The notes under the pieces: model-generated
What the model was told of the DNA's origin: nothing
The model's input: the letters and a program-made list of their open reading frames with translations, nothing else
Databases searched by the model: none
Origin: an uncultured Gammaproteobacteria bacterium
GTDB taxonomy: Bacteria; Pseudomonadota; Gammaproteobacteria; JABCZS01
Direction of reading: 5' to 3'
Length of the DNA: 64,000 nucleotides
Assembly: GCA_963848305.1 (NCBI GenBank)
Contig: CAWKDC010000001.1
Coordinates: forward strand, 576,001-640,000
Translations under genes and position numbers: made by a program
Shown here: in pieces, positions 22,743 to 33,738 of the stretch
Layout of the letters: every line of letters starts with the position of its first letter
Numbering within the stretch: the first letter of the stretch is position 1

Positions 22743-23855
22743 TTATAACGTTAAAATAGCCTCAACTGCTTTTTCACTGGCATCGCCTTCAAAAGGTTTG
22801 CGGATGGCGGCATAATCTGACATCAGCTGTTGGCATGCTTTCTTGTCGGTCAGCCAATGTAGCACGGCTTCAGCCAGAGCATGCGGCGTCACGCGCTCTT
22901 GTAAAAATTCTGGCACAATCTCACGACCAGCCAACAAATTAGGGATCGCGCAATATGTGATATTCACCAAACGCCTGGCCAACCAGGCATTCAGCCGATG
23001 CATACGATACGCAACCACCATTGGTTTGTTCAGCACAAACGTTTCCAAGGTAGCGGTACCTGAGGCCACACATACCACGTCGGCAGCTTGAATAACTTGT
23101 TCAGATTGCCCGTCCACACATTGAACAAGGTTGTCGTGATTCAATGCGAGGAGCATTTGCTTTAAAGCGGGTTTTGCAACTGGCAGAATAAACTGAATAT
23201 CAGGGTTCTTTACATGTATTTCTCGCGCAGCTTGCATGAATATAGGCGCTAAATACCGTATTTCCATTGTTCGGCTGCCTGGCAGTAAAGCGACAACTGG
23301 CTTATCAGGATTTAAATGGAAATGCGCGCGCGTTGTCGCTTGATCGGGAGTATCCTTTAATCGATCAAACGCACTGTGTCCTACAAAAGCTGCATGAATG
23401 CCTGTTTGTTGATAAATATCCATCTCAAATGGAAAACAGCACAACATTAAATCAACGGCACGTTTGATCCCGTGAATACGGTTTTTCCGCCACGCCCAGA
23501 CAGTCGGACTGACATAATGCACTATTTTAATCTTGGCCTTTTTGAGTTTTTTTTCGATGGGCAAATTAAAATCAGGGGCATCGACGCCAATATACATATC
23601 AGGAGGATTCCTCAAACAATGACGCACCAAGTACCGATGCATTTTGAGAATATGCGGAATTTTAGGCAAAACTTCCGCCACCCCCATGACCGATAGATCC
23701 GAGACAGGGTATATCGCTTTGCAACCCGCAGCGACCATGTGTTCACCTGCGACACCTTCGAATGTGGCATCAGGGTAGCGCCGTTTTAACGCAACGATTA
23801 AGGATGCAGCGAGCAGATCGCCGGAAGGTTCTCCCGCACAAATGACAATGCGCAT
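22743..23855 (-). CDS. lpxB: Lipid-A-disaccharide synthase
   Basis: AGEPSGDLL, DAPDFN, YVSPTVWAWR, LLPGSR, SGTATLE. Confidence 0.96.
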   Translation of the reverse strand: MRIVICAGEPSGDLLAASLIVALKRRYPDATFEGVAGEHMVAAGCKAIYPVSDLSVMGVAEVLPKIPHILKMHRYLVRHCLRNPPDMYIGVDAPDFNLPIEKKLKKAKIKIVHYVSPTVWAWRKNRIHGIKRAVDLMLCCFPFEMDIYQQTGIHAAFVGHSAFDRLKDTPDQATTRAHFHLNPDKPVVALLPGSRTMEIRYLAPIFMQAAREIHVKNPDIQFILPVAKPALKQMLLALNHDNLVQCVDGQSEQVIQAADVVCVASGTATLETFVLNKPMVVAYRMHRLNAWLARRLVNITYCAIPNLLAGREIVPEFLQERVTPHALAEAVLHWLTDKKACQQLMSDYAAIRKPFEGDASEKAVEAILTL

Positions 23856-23871
23856 ACCGATATTCCCTTCA

Positions 23872-24643
23872 TTAAGCGATGAGGCCTCGCTTGGAGGATG
23901 CCAAGAAATCCAAAAACAACTCGATATCAGGTGCCGTTTTTGCCAATTGTTTCAATGCATCTGTCGCATCCGATAAAGGCAAATGGCGCATGTACAATAT
24001 TTTATACGCTTCCTTGATAGATCGAATGGCCTCAGGTGAGAAACCTCGACGCTTCAACCCTTCAGTGTTCACCCCTGAGACTTTGTTGCGACGACCACCT
24101 GCGACAATTAAATAAGGCGGCACATCTTGCGTGACCAACATGCCATGCGAAATAAAGGCATGTTCACCAATCAAACAATACTGATGAATGCCAATATATC
24201 CACTCAAAATCGCAAAATCACGGATTTCGACATGCCCTGCCACGGAAGAATTATTCGCCATGATGATATCGTTGCCAATCATACAATCATGCGCAATGTG
24301 AACATTCGCCATGAAAAGATTTCGGCTGCCAATCACTGTTCGCTTCGCCCCCTGCATGGTGCCACGATTGAAATTACAATACTCGCGAATGACATTGTTA
24401 TCGCCAATCACGAGTTCAGTCTTTTCGCCATTGTATTTTTTGTCTTGCGGATCTTCACCAATTGAAGCAAATTGGTAAATTTTGTTGTGTTGTCCAATCC
24501 GTGTGCCTTTGAATGACAACATGGGGTGCAACCGATGTGCCTTCCCCAATCTCGACATGTTCACCAATCACTGCATAGGGACCTATCGAAACGCCTTCGG
24601 CCACTTTTGCAGAAGGATGGATAATCGCGGTATTATGAATCAC
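23872..24643 (-). CDS. lpxA: UDP-GlcNAc acyltransferase, apparent frameshift near 24510
   Basis: IHNTAIIHPSA hexapeptide N-terminus (ORF 24455-24643) and ASIGEDPQDKKY, HIAHDC (ORF 23872-24567). Confidence 0.92.
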
Positions 24644-25094
24644 TGCTACCTCCCCGTGTCGTGGTTGCGTTCATGATGTCTGCCTCGCAGGCCAATTCAC
24701 CGTCAACAAGCGCTTTGCATTTAAAAAATGAGATGCCACGTCTTGATTTTACCAACTCGACATGTAAATGCAATTGATCGCCGGGAGATACAATGCGTTT
24801 GAAACGCGCATTATCAATACCGACCAAATAATTGGCTTCATCCTCTGTAGGCACGCGCCCCAGCGTCAAGTAATTCAAAATGCCACATGTTTGGGCAAGT
24901 GCTTCAGTGATGAGCACACCTGGCATCACAGGTTGGTTTGGAAAATGCCCTGTAAATTGAGGCTCGTTAACGCTGATATTTTTGAGCGCGTGCACAAACT
25001 TGCCAGCTTCCCAATCCAGCACCCTGTCAACCATTAAGAAGGGAAAGCGATGAGGTAAATACTTGAGTAATTGATAAACATCCATACTTTTCAT
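24633..25094 (-). CDS. fabZ: 3-hydroxyacyl-ACP dehydratase
   Basis: LPHRFPFLMVD, GHFPNQPVMPGVLITE. Confidence 0.96.
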   Translation of the reverse strand: MKSMDVYQLLKYLPHRFPFLMVDRVLDWEAGKFVHALKNISVNEPQFTGHFPNQPVMPGVLITEALAQTCGILNYLTLGRVPTEDEANYLVGIDNARFKRIVSPGDQLHLHVELVKSRRGISFFKCKALVDGELACEADIMNATTTRGGSSDS

Positions 25095-25097
25095 TTG

Positions 25098-26162
25098 TTA
25101 ATCCTCTGGTTGAGTGGAGGGGTTTAATTGGGCAATCACTTTTTCAAGTGCTTTGATTCTTTGGACATATTCATTCAAATGGCGAAAATGCACAACAGAG
25201 CGGCGCCATGCTGCAATGGGCATCATTCCTGTGCCAGACGCATACACGCCCGGTTGAGTGATTGAACCCGTGACGGTTGTCATGCCAGCTACTTGGACCT
25301 TATCGCATACCGTGAGGTGACCCGCAAAAGTCGCTGCCCCACCAATCACACAATACTTGCCGATTTTGGTGCTGCCGGCAAAAGCAGCGCAACCAGCCAC
25401 AACCGTATGTGCACCTATCACCACATTATGGGCAATCTGCACGCGGTTATCAATTTTCACCCCATCTTCGATGCATGTATCTTCAATGGCACCGCGATCA
25501 ATCGTGGTTTGCGAACCAATTTCTACATCATTCCCGATCACGACCGTGCCAAGCTGTGGCACCTTTCGCCAGTGACCTTTATCCATTGCGAAACCAAAGC
25601 CATCACTGCCGACCACTGTTTGCGCATGAATAATGACACGAGAACCAAGCTTCACACCAGGGTATAGCACGACTGCGGGATATAAATGACACCCATTGCC
25701 GATTGAGACATCCCTCCCCACGATAACATGGGCTTCAAGACGGGTACCATCTTGTATCACTGCACGTTCACCCACCACAACATGGTCACCAATATAAACG
25801 CCCTTGCCGATCACAGCACTGTCCGCCACACACGCAGTGTCTGCGACCACAGTGTTCACAATATCGTGTGAAGGTACACAGAGTGCAGCAATGCGTGCAT
25901 ACAGTGCGTGAGGATAAGGGGTGATCAGTGCATTGGATGGGTAATGTTCAGCATCACCAGCCGACAGGATGACTGCACCTGCTTGCGTGTCACGCAACTG
26001 GGCTCGATAAGCACTGTTCGTCAGAAATGAAATATCAGCGGGCGTTGCCGCTGAAAGCGTTGCAACCCCAGTCACAATGTAACTGGGGTCGCCTTGTAGT
26101 GTGACACCGTCAGCAAGGGCGGCCAAGTCACCCAATGTTTTGGGTTCAGTGAAACGCGTCAT
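25098..26162 (-). CDS. lpxD: UDP-3-O-acyl-glucosamine N-acyltransferase
   Basis: Hexapeptide repeats, GSDGFG, KIDNRVQIAHN. Confidence 0.95.
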   Translation of the reverse strand: MTRFTEPKTLGDLAALADGVTLQGDPSYIVTGVATLSAATPADISFLTNSAYRAQLRDTQAGAVILSAGDAEHYPSNALITPYPHALYARIAALCVPSHDIVNTVVADTACVADSAVIGKGVYIGDHVVVGERAVIQDGTRLEAHVIVGRDVSIGNGCHLYPAVVLYPGVKLGSRVIIHAQTVVGSDGFGFAMDKGHWRKVPQLGTVVIGNDVEIGSQTTIDRGAIEDTCIEDGVKIDNRVQIAHNVVIGAHTVVAGCAAFAGSTKIGKYCVIGGAATFAGHLTVCDKVQVAGMTTVTGSITQPGVYASGTGMMPIAAWRRSVVHFRHLNEYVQRIKALEKVIAQLNPSTQPED

Positions 26163-26165
26163 GGT

Positions 26166-26663
26166 TTATTGATACTTCACCATGGTCAACACTTTGTCAG
26201 TGATGTCTGTGCTGGCATCTTTGACGTAAATGGCTGCGCCACGTTGCAACACAATGGTATAACCATCTGTGCCAGCAATTTTAGTGGTGGCATCACGAAC
26301 TTGGGTCAACAATTTCTCAAGTTCTTCGTTTGCACGTGCGCCACGCTTTTGGTTCAAATCTGCACTCATTTTCTGAAACTCAGCTTGATTTTTTTCAAAA
26401 GAAGCTTGTAAAGTTTTGACTTGATCAGGGCTCATTGTCGCTGCATCACGTTTGTATTTGTCGTTATCAGCCATCAATTGCTTTTGCAGGGCAACCAATT
26501 TATCTTGTGTGGCTTGGAACTCTTTTTGCAACTTGCTTTCAATTTGGGGTTCAAATTTGGCAATGATCTTCGCACCATCGACGAATCCTACTTTATCAGC
26601 CGCTAATACCACGGATGAAAATGACAACAACAATGCTGACAAACAGATGATTAATTTATTCAC
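26166..26663 (-). CDS. skp: Periplasmic chaperone Skp/OmpH
   Basis: AAGGAG RBS and GTG at 26663, signal peptide, KVGFVD, DITDKVL; between bamA and lpxD. Confidence 0.9.
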   Translation of the reverse strand: MNKLIICLSALLLSFSSVVLAADKVGFVDGAKIIAKFEPQIESKLQKEFQATQDKLVALQKQLMADNDKYKRDAATMSPDQVKTLQASFEKNQAEFQKMSADLNQKRGARANEELEKLLTQVRDATTKIAGTDGYTIVLQRGAAIYVKDASTDITDKVLTMVKYQ

Positions 26664-26709
26664 AATAAGCTCCTTAAATACATAATGTTGACAAACCCAG
26701 CCAATCACT

Positions 26710-28992
26710 TTAGTAAACATTACCCAAGTTAAATTGGAAGATTTGTATATTATCCCCTTCCTTCTCGTTCAACGGCAACGCCACAGAGAACACAAACGGC
26801 CCCAATGGTGAAATCCACTGAACAGACAACCCTGTTGAATACCGCAATTCCCCTAAGTCAACAGATTCCTGGGTATTATACACATTCCCGCCGTCTGCGA
26901 ATACTGATAAACGAACAGCATCCAACGCCAGGAAAGGCACTGGGAAAAGCAGCTCGCCAGTCCCAACCAATTTGAAATTACCGCCCAAAGGCTTACCTAA
27001 AGAGTCGAGAGGACCCAAGGAGTTATCCCTGTAACCTCTGACAGATCCCGTACCCCCTGCGAAGAAGTTTTCGAAGAAAGGCAACCCATCCGTTCCACCA
27101 TATCCACCGCCATAAGCGACTGTGCCGCGGGCATAACCCACCAAGCTCTTATAAAGGGGCTTATAGTAACGTGTGCCGGAGGTTACCTTGTAATATTCCA
27201 GCCCGGAGAAAGGTGCACTGACGCTACCCCCAATACTCTGTGCCAAGCCGCGGCTGGGGAATACCATGCGATCTAGGGTGTTATGGCTCCAGCCCCCATT
27301 CACCAAATACTCATTGTATCTACTTCCATTTTCTTGCAAGAAATCATAAACTTGGGTTGAAACGTCATTAGGATCCCCGCTGGTTAAAATATCAATGTTT
27401 TGATAGCCCAATCCTGCTGAGACTCTGTCAACTTCCGTGATGGGAATACCATAACTCAAATTACCCCCCCAAATATCACGGGTATAGTTTGAAATATCCG
27501 CTTCAGCCATTTTCGTGGCTTGGTAGTAGACATCAAACCCGCGGCTCACCCCATCCATTGTGTAAAAGGGATTGTTGTACCCTACTTGATAGGAAGTAAA
27601 CGACGCACTGTTGTTGAATTGGAAGTTGGCCATGCTACCGGAGCCCAAGAAATTATCTTGCTTCAAGCCCGCATTGAACACCAAGCCGTCAATCTGCGAA
27701 TAACCCACGCCACCCGTTAACTGGCCAGACATTTGCTCTTCGACCTTCACTTCGAGGTCAATTTCATCGTCAGTGCCTGAAACAGGGACAGTATCCACTT
27801 CCACTGTCTTATAAAACCCGGTATTGTTCAGGTTGTTTTTGGAACGCTGAATCTTCTTGGTCGATGCCAAACTGCCCTCAAACTGGCGCATTTGGCGACG
27901 CAACACTTCATCTTTGCTCAAATAATTGCCGTGAAAATTGATATGACGCACATACACTTGCTTTTTAGGATTCACATAGAAGGTGATCATGACGGTTTTA
28001 TTTTCTTCATTCACCACCGGAACAGGATTGACTTCTGCAAAGGCGTAACCATCATCCCCCAAGCGTTGAACCATGCGATCTTGCGAAGCCACGATCCTTC
28101 TTCTTGAAAACAAATCGCCTGGTTCAAGCACAATCAGTTTTCGCAAGTCTTCTTCTGGCACAGGAATGTCACCCGCGAACTTAAAGCCTTCAATTGTATA
28201 TTGACTGCCCTCATCAATGTTCACGGTGATCAACACGTCTTGCATGGTAGGAGATAATGAGACCTGCGTAGAGGTGATCTCAAAATTCATGTAACCGCGA
28301 TCGAGATAAAATGAACGTAAATTTTCTAAATCCCCTGCCAATTTTTGTTTGGAGTACTGATCATTTTTATTCATCCAAGTCAGTAAGCCTGGGGTTGTCA
28401 GTGTGAATTCTTTGAGTAATTTGCGGGTTGAGAAAGCATGATTACCGACAATATTGATGCGACGGATTTTCGCCGGTTTACCTTCATCAATGTTGATAGC
28501 AATATCCACGCGGTTACGCGACATTTCTGTCACTTCGGTGGTGATCTTCATGCCATATTGGCCATTGCTGTAATACTGATCCGCTAGCTCTTGCTCGACT
28601 TGCGAGAGAATGGAGGGGACATACGTCATACCCTCTGCCAGGCCCGCATTTTCCAGCCCTTCATACAAGTCATCTGTTTCGATGGCTTTATTGCCTTCAA
28701 TCGTCAGACGACCGATGGTAGGACGTTCAGTGACCTTGACGATCAAAACATTGCCGTCACGCGCGAGCGCCACATCCGAAAAGAAACCCGATTTGAATAA
28801 ATCACGGATCACGAGGGCAGAATCCTCTGTGTTGAACTCGTCACCCACCCGAACGGGTAAGTCGTTAAACACCGTGCCTTCATCGAGCCTTTGCAAACCC
28901 TCAACCCGAATGGATTCAATTTTAAAAGAATCAGCCAGCGCCCAACAAGGCAAACAAAGCAAAATGAGCAATAACTTCCGAATCGTTGTCAT
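26710..28992 (-). CDS. bamA: Outer membrane protein assembly factor BamA
   Basis: IRVEGLQR POTRA domains, VRGYRDN, C-terminal FQFNLG. Confidence 0.97.
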   Translation of the reverse strand: MTTIRKLLLILLCLPCWALADSFKIESIRVEGLQRLDEGTVFNDLPVRVGDEFNTEDSALVIRDLFKSGFFSDVALARDGNVLIVKVTERPTIGRLTIEGNKAIETDDLYEGLENAGLAEGMTYVPSILSQVEQELADQYYSNGQYGMKITTEVTEMSRNRVDIAINIDEGKPAKIRRINIVGNHAFSTRKLLKEFTLTTPGLLTWMNKNDQYSKQKLAGDLENLRSFYLDRGYMNFEITSTQVSLSPTMQDVLITVNIDEGSQYTIEGFKFAGDIPVPEEDLRKLIVLEPGDLFSRRRIVASQDRMVQRLGDDGYAFAEVNPVPVVNEENKTVMITFYVNPKKQVYVRHINFHGNYLSKDEVLRRQMRQFEGSLASTKKIQRSKNNLNNTGFYKTVEVDTVPVSGTDDEIDLEVKVEEQMSGQLTGGVGYSQIDGLVFNAGLKQDNFLGSGSMANFQFNNSASFTSYQVGYNNPFYTMDGVSRGFDVYYQATKMAEADISNYTRDIWGGNLSYGIPITEVDRVSAGLGYQNIDILTSGDPNDVSTQVYDFLQENGSRYNEYLVNGGWSHNTLDRMVFPSRGLAQSIGGSVSAPFSGLEYYKVTSGTRYYKPLYKSLVGYARGTVAYGGGYGGTDGLPFFENFFAGGTGSVRGYRDNSLGPLDSLGKPLGGNFKLVGTGELLFPVPFLALDAVRLSVFADGGNVYNTQESVDLGELRYSTGLSVQWISPLGPFVFSVALPLNEKEGDNIQIFQFNLGNVY

Positions 28993-29008
28993 ATCTTCCC
29001 CAGCACTT

Positions 29009-30292
29009 CTACACCCAGCGCATCATATCATTGAATAAGGCAACAAGCATCAGTGAAATCAAAATAATGATGCCCACACGCAGCGCGATCTCCTGCGCTC
29101 GTTCACTCAACGGCCGACGCAAAACAATTTCAACAAGATAAAATAATAAATGTCCACCATCTAACATTGGAATGGGCAACAAATTAAGCACAGCCAAACC
29201 AATACTGATCATGGACAAGAAATAGAGGTATGTGACTGCCCCCCTCTCTGCTGAAACACCCGCTGCATACGCAATCGTCACCGGACCACCAATATTATCA
29301 AAAGACGCACGGCCTGTCGCCATCTGCGCGAATAATTTTAAATTTAAAACGGCCATGCTATAAGTTTGTTTCACGGCTTCCTGTGCACTGATTTGCCAGC
29401 CTAACGCTCCCTTGCGCATGTATGCTTCAGGAAAATGCGCCCCTATCATCCCTGTGCCATCAGGGCGAGTGGACGGCGTGACGGTCAATTGAATATGTTT
29501 GCCCTCGCGCAAAATATCGAATGCGAGCATTTGCTTGGGATGCTCGCTGATCGTTTTGATCAGGTTTTCCCAGGACTCGATAGGCTGTTGATTGATCTTC
29601 ACAACCGTATCTCCCCGATTTAACCCGGCTTGCATCGCAGGGGAATCGGGCGAGATGGCGCCCAACTCAGCCGGCCACGAGAAGGTGATTTCCTTCATGG
29701 CGTTGAGGGGTTGCTGCAGCACAATGGTTTGTGGTTTTGTATCACGCAGTACCAACACATCCACACTGGGCTTTCCTTCGCTGACCATCAGCACTTGTTG
29801 CACATTGTCCACCGTGGGTGTGGGATGACCGTCAATCGCCATTAACTCATCCTCAGGACGCAACCCACTTTGATAGATAACAGAATCGGTAGAGATTGCT
29901 CCTAACAATGGAATAGGCGCTTCAAATCCAATTTTGAAAACACCGAATAAAAGAAGCACTGCGAGGATTAAATTAAAAACAGGTCCCGCCAATACAATCA
30001 CAAAACGCTTCCATACATTTTGGCGGTTAAATGCGTAGGGCAAATCGCCTTCAGCGACCTCCCCTTCACGTTCATCCAGCATTTTAACGTATCCGCCGAG
30101 TGGAATGGCGCAGAGACAATACTCCACCCCATCGCGAGCACGATAAGACCATAACACTTTTCCAAACCCCACAGCAAAGCGCAGCACCTTCACGCCACAA
30201 CGACGTGCCACCCAAAAATGCCCGAATTCATGAAAGGGAACGAGAATAGCCACTGCGAGCAGGAATGCGAGTAGGCTGGTTATGATCGACAC
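29009..30292 (-). CDS. rseP: RIP metalloprotease RseP
   Basis: HEFGH, IPLGGYVKM, PDZ domains, NLLPIPMLDGG. Confidence 0.96.
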   Translation of the reverse strand: MSIITSLLAFLLAVAILVPFHEFGHFWVARRCGVKVLRFAVGFGKVLWSYRARDGVEYCLCAIPLGGYVKMLDEREGEVAEGDLPYAFNRQNVWKRFVIVLAGPVFNLILAVLLLFGVFKIGFEAPIPLLGAISTDSVIYQSGLRPEDELMAIDGHPTPTVDNVQQVLMVSEGKPSVDVLVLRDTKPQTIVLQQPLNAMKEITFSWPAELGAISPDSPAMQAGLNRGDTVVKINQQPIESWENLIKTISEHPKQMLAFDILREGKHIQLTVTPSTRPDGTGMIGAHFPEAYMRKGALGWQISAQEAVKQTYSMAVLNLKLFAQMATGRASFDNIGGPVTIAYAAGVSAERGAVTYLYFLSMISIGLAVLNLLPIPMLDGGHLLFYLVEIVLRRPLSERAQEIALRVGIIILISLMLVALFNDMMRWV

Positions 30293-30419
30293 TGAATGCT
30301 CCTTTTTCTATGTCATGTTGCCGATTATACTGTTTTAAGGAGGATTCGTGTCAAAAAAATGATGTGTGCCCAGCAGGAGCCCAGATGACCAAAGAGTTTG
30401 ATACGCCCAGGGTAGAAAT

Positions 30420-31571
30420 CTATTTAGCCTGGTTAGTAGCATCATTCAATCGCAACACATCTTCTAAAGTATTAATCGCGATACGAGGCTGAGAAATCAG
30501 TGCTTTTTCAATCAACACGGGAATATCGGTGAACGCAATTTTTTTATCTAAAAAAGATTGAACAGCCATTTCATTTGCGGCATTGAATATAATCACATCT
30601 GCCTGCCCCGCTTTCATCGCTTGCATTGCCAAATCAAAACACGGAAATTGACCAGGATTTAACGCTTCAAATTGCAATGACAAGGGATTGCTGAGCAATC
30701 GCGACGGTACGACACCAGAATCAATTCTATCCGGCCAACCCAAAGCATAGCTGATGGCAATACGCATGTCGGGTTCACCCAAATGCGTGAGCACCGAACC
30801 GTCAATATATTCAACGAGCGCATGCACCGTGCTTTGGGGATGAATCAGCACGCCCAATTGTTCACAGGGTAAATCAAATAAGAAATGGGCTTCAATGATC
30901 TCAAGCCCTTTATTCGCTAGCGTTGCAGAATCGACTGAGATTTTAGCGCCCATATTCCAGCGCGGATGACGCACCGCTTGCTCTGGCGTGATATCTTTCA
31001 ATGCGTCTGGGGCGTGACGTAAAAATGGGCCACCTGATGCCGTTAAATACACGCGTGAAACAGGAGACCGATCAGCATGACGCGTGTCTTTCCAGCATTG
31101 AAATACAGCGTTGTGTTCACTATCAACTGGGATGATCGTCGCACCTGATTGTTTGGCAGCGTCTAGAAATAATGGCCCCGCCATCACCAACGATTCTTTA
31201 TTCGCCAATAATATTTTTTTACCAGTGCTTGCAGCCGCCATAGACGCGCGCAAGCCCGCACCGCCAACAATCCCTGTCATCACCGCATCCACATCAGGAT
31301 GAGAAGCAATCATGCATAACGCGTCCTCCCCTGATAGCACGGTGGTTTTCACTTGATGTGCAGATAATTGTTGGGATAGCGTGTCAGCGGCCTTTGCATC
31401 CATCATCACGGCATAAACCGGTTGCCATCTTAAACAGAGCGCTAGCATGGCATCCGCTGAGCGATGTGCCGATAATGCGAAAATTTTAAATCGATCGGGA
31501 TGCAATGCGACAACATCCAATGTTTGTCGGCCAATGGACCCTGTCGCGCCCAATAACGTCAGCTGGATCAT
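30420..31571 (-). CDS. dxr: 1-deoxy-D-xylulose-5-phosphate reductoisomerase
   Basis: LGATGSIG, LANKESLV, PVDSEH, HPRWNMGAKISVDSAT. Confidence 0.96.
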   Translation of the reverse strand: MIQLTLLGATGSIGRQTLDVVALHPDRFKIFALSAHRSADAMLALCLRWQPVYAVMMDAKAADTLSQQLSAHQVKTTVLSGEDALCMIASHPDVDAVMTGIVGGAGLRASMAAASTGKKILLANKESLVMAGPLFLDAAKQSGATIIPVDSEHNAVFQCWKDTRHADRSPVSRVYLTASGGPFLRHAPDALKDITPEQAVRHPRWNMGAKISVDSATLANKGLEIIEAHFLFDLPCEQLGVLIHPQSTVHALVEYIDGSVLTHLGEPDMRIAISYALGWPDRIDSGVVPSRLLSNPLSLQFEALNPGQFPCFDLAMQAMKAGQADVIIFNAANEMAVQSFLDKKIAFTDIPVLIEKALISQPRIAINTLEDVLRLNDATNQAK

Positions 31572-32375
31572 AGGACACCCAAAGTAATCATCAACGCGAG
31601 ACCAGGTGTCAGTGCGATCAAACTGTCGAAGCGATCGAGCAATCCGCCATGACCTGGCAACAGTGTGCCACTGTCTTTAACGCCGCCGATCCGCTTCAAC
31701 GCACTTTCAAACAAATCACCCACGACAGCCAGCATGACCGCATCAGCCACTAACATGAAGCTGATGAGAGAAAATGGATGATGCAACACATAATGATAAT
31801 ATGCCCATAACGCCAAACACGTCATGACGATACCGCCTATTAAGCCTTCAATCGTTTTGCCCGGGGTGATCAAGGGAGCCATTTTGTGTCGTCCGATCAG
31901 CCTACCAACACAATACGCACCTGTATCGCTGCACCAGACCAATAAGAAAAGCATCAGCAGCCAATAGGTGCCCTTGGGGTAACGCATCTAACGTCAGCAA
32001 CCCTGCGAACATCGGCAGCAATGTCATGAAACCCAACGTTGTCATAACGGCTGGAGACAGTACAGTGATGGCATGTTGGCGTATACACCACATCAACCAT
32101 CCTGTGATGGCAACCCACAGGATGCATCCGAAAATGAGCAATGGAAAATGCGTTGAGGGAAATAAAAACATCAAGCATGATAATAGCGTGAATAATATCC
32201 AACACGCCATTTTTTGCCAAGGTTTAGGCAACCGTGCCAAGCGCGTCCATTCCATGAAGCAACCCAAACACAAGCAGAAAAAAACCAGAGAAACAGCAAG
32301 TGACGGCAAAACAAAAATCACCGCAAAAACACTGATGATGTAAAGTATGCCTGTGATCACCCTTTGCTTAAGCAT
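31568..32375 (-). CDS. cdsA: Phosphatidate cytidylyltransferase, apparent frameshift near 31980
   Basis: MLKQRVITG start at 32375; WCSDTGAY, PGKTIEG, KDSGTLLPGHGGLLDRFDS. Confidence 0.9.
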
Positions 32376-33105
32376 GGTTCTTTTCCTCTGATACATTTGT
32401 TTTTTGATGAACGGCCCCAAATCGCCGATCACGCACGGCATAAGCATCAAGCGCTTCCTGTAACACAGAAGGACTGAAATCAGGCCAAGCGACAGGGGTG
32501 AAAAACAATTCAGTATAAGCCAATTGAAATAGCATGAAATTGCTGATCCTTTGCTCACCCGATGTGCGAATAAACAGATCAGGATCGGGTAAACCTGCCA
32601 ATGATAAATGACTGGCCAGCAAAGATTCAGTGACCACGGAAGGATTGCTTGCCAACATTTTGCCGCACGCTTGAACCATGTCCCAACGGCCACTGTAGTT
32701 CATTGCTAAATTCAAAATTAAGGTGTTATTTTGAGCAGAATGATTCTCTGCATCTTTCATCAATGATTGCATCTTCGGTGAAAACGCTGATCTGTCCCCA
32801 ATAAATCGCAGCGCAACACCCTTTGCAATCAAACTGTCCAGATGGGCTTCTAGCGTGGATAAAAACAAATCCATCAGGAAATTCACTTCCTGTTGGGGGC
32901 GTTGCCAATTTTCCCGACTGAATGCAAACAGGGTGAGGACTGGAATGCGCTTTGAAATACAGGCTTGTACAGTGCTTTTTACAGCCTCAACACCGCGTTT
33001 ATGCCCTGCGATGCGTGGCAAGCCCTGAGCCTCAGCCCATCTGCCATTGCCATCCATGACAATGGCCACATGCATTGGGAGATGAGAGCCTTGGCACTCG
33101 TCCAT
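32368..33105 (-). CDS. uppS: Undecaprenyl diphosphate synthase
   Basis: HVAIVMDGNGRWA, FSRENW, IRTSGEQRISNF. Confidence 0.96.
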   Translation of the reverse strand: MDECQGSHLPMHVAIVMDGNGRWAEAQGLPRIAGHKRGVEAVKSTVQACISKRIPVLTLFAFSRENWQRPQQEVNFLMDLFLSTLEAHLDSLIAKGVALRFIGDRSAFSPKMQSLMKDAENHSAQNNTLILNLAMNYSGRWDMVQACGKMLASNPSVVTESLLASHLSLAGLPDPDLFIRTSGEQRISNFMLFQLAYTELFFTPVAWPDFSPSVLQEALDAYAVRDRRFGAVHQKTNVSEEKNHA

Positions 33106-33107
33106 GG

Positions 33108-33665
33108 TTACACTTCCATTAAATCTTGTTCTTTCTTCTGGAACAAAGCATCAATGTCAGCGACTTTTTTGTCAGTCAATTTTTGTATACGATCTTCAGC
33201 ACGTTTGACATCGTCTTCCGTGATACTTTTCGCTTTCAACAAATCTTTGATCTTCGTATTCGCATCGCGGCGAACGGTACGAATCGCCACTTTAGCCTGT
33301 TCACTTTCATGGCTGACCGCTTTCACCATTTCTTTGCGACGTGCTTCATTAGGAGCTGGCATGGAGATACGGATGGTGTTGCCGGCTGTGGAGGGATTTA
33401 AACCCAAATCAGCTGCAATGATTGCTTTTTCAACCAATGGGATTTGTGATTTTTCCCAAGGCACGACAGCAAGTGTGCGAGGATCTTCTACATTGATGTT
33501 CGCCACCTGGGTGAGGGGCACGGGATTACCGTAATACATCACGCGCACAGAGTCTAACGCGCTGGGATGCGCTCTGCCACTGCGTATTTTATTGAATTCA
33601 ATTTTCAATGATTCAATACACTTGTCCATGCCGATAGTGGCTTCAGAGATAATCGGTTCGATCAT
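33108..33665 (-). CDS. frr: Ribosome recycling factor
   Basis: KIRSGRAHP, DLGLNP, AIRTVRRDAN. Confidence 0.96.
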   Translation of the reverse strand: MIEPIISEATIGMDKCIESLKIEFNKIRSGRAHPSALDSVRVMYYGNPVPLTQVANINVEDPRTLAVVPWEKSQIPLVEKAIIAADLGLNPSTAGNTIRISMPAPNEARRKEMVKAVSHESEQAKVAIRTVRRDANTKIKDLLKAKSITEDDVKRAEDRIQKLTDKKVADIDALFQKKEQDLMEV

Positions 33666-33738
33666 AGTGGATGCTCCGCAACTAAATAGATAAATCCCCC
33701 ATCATGAGCGCACATATGCGCTCCTACAAGGCAATAAT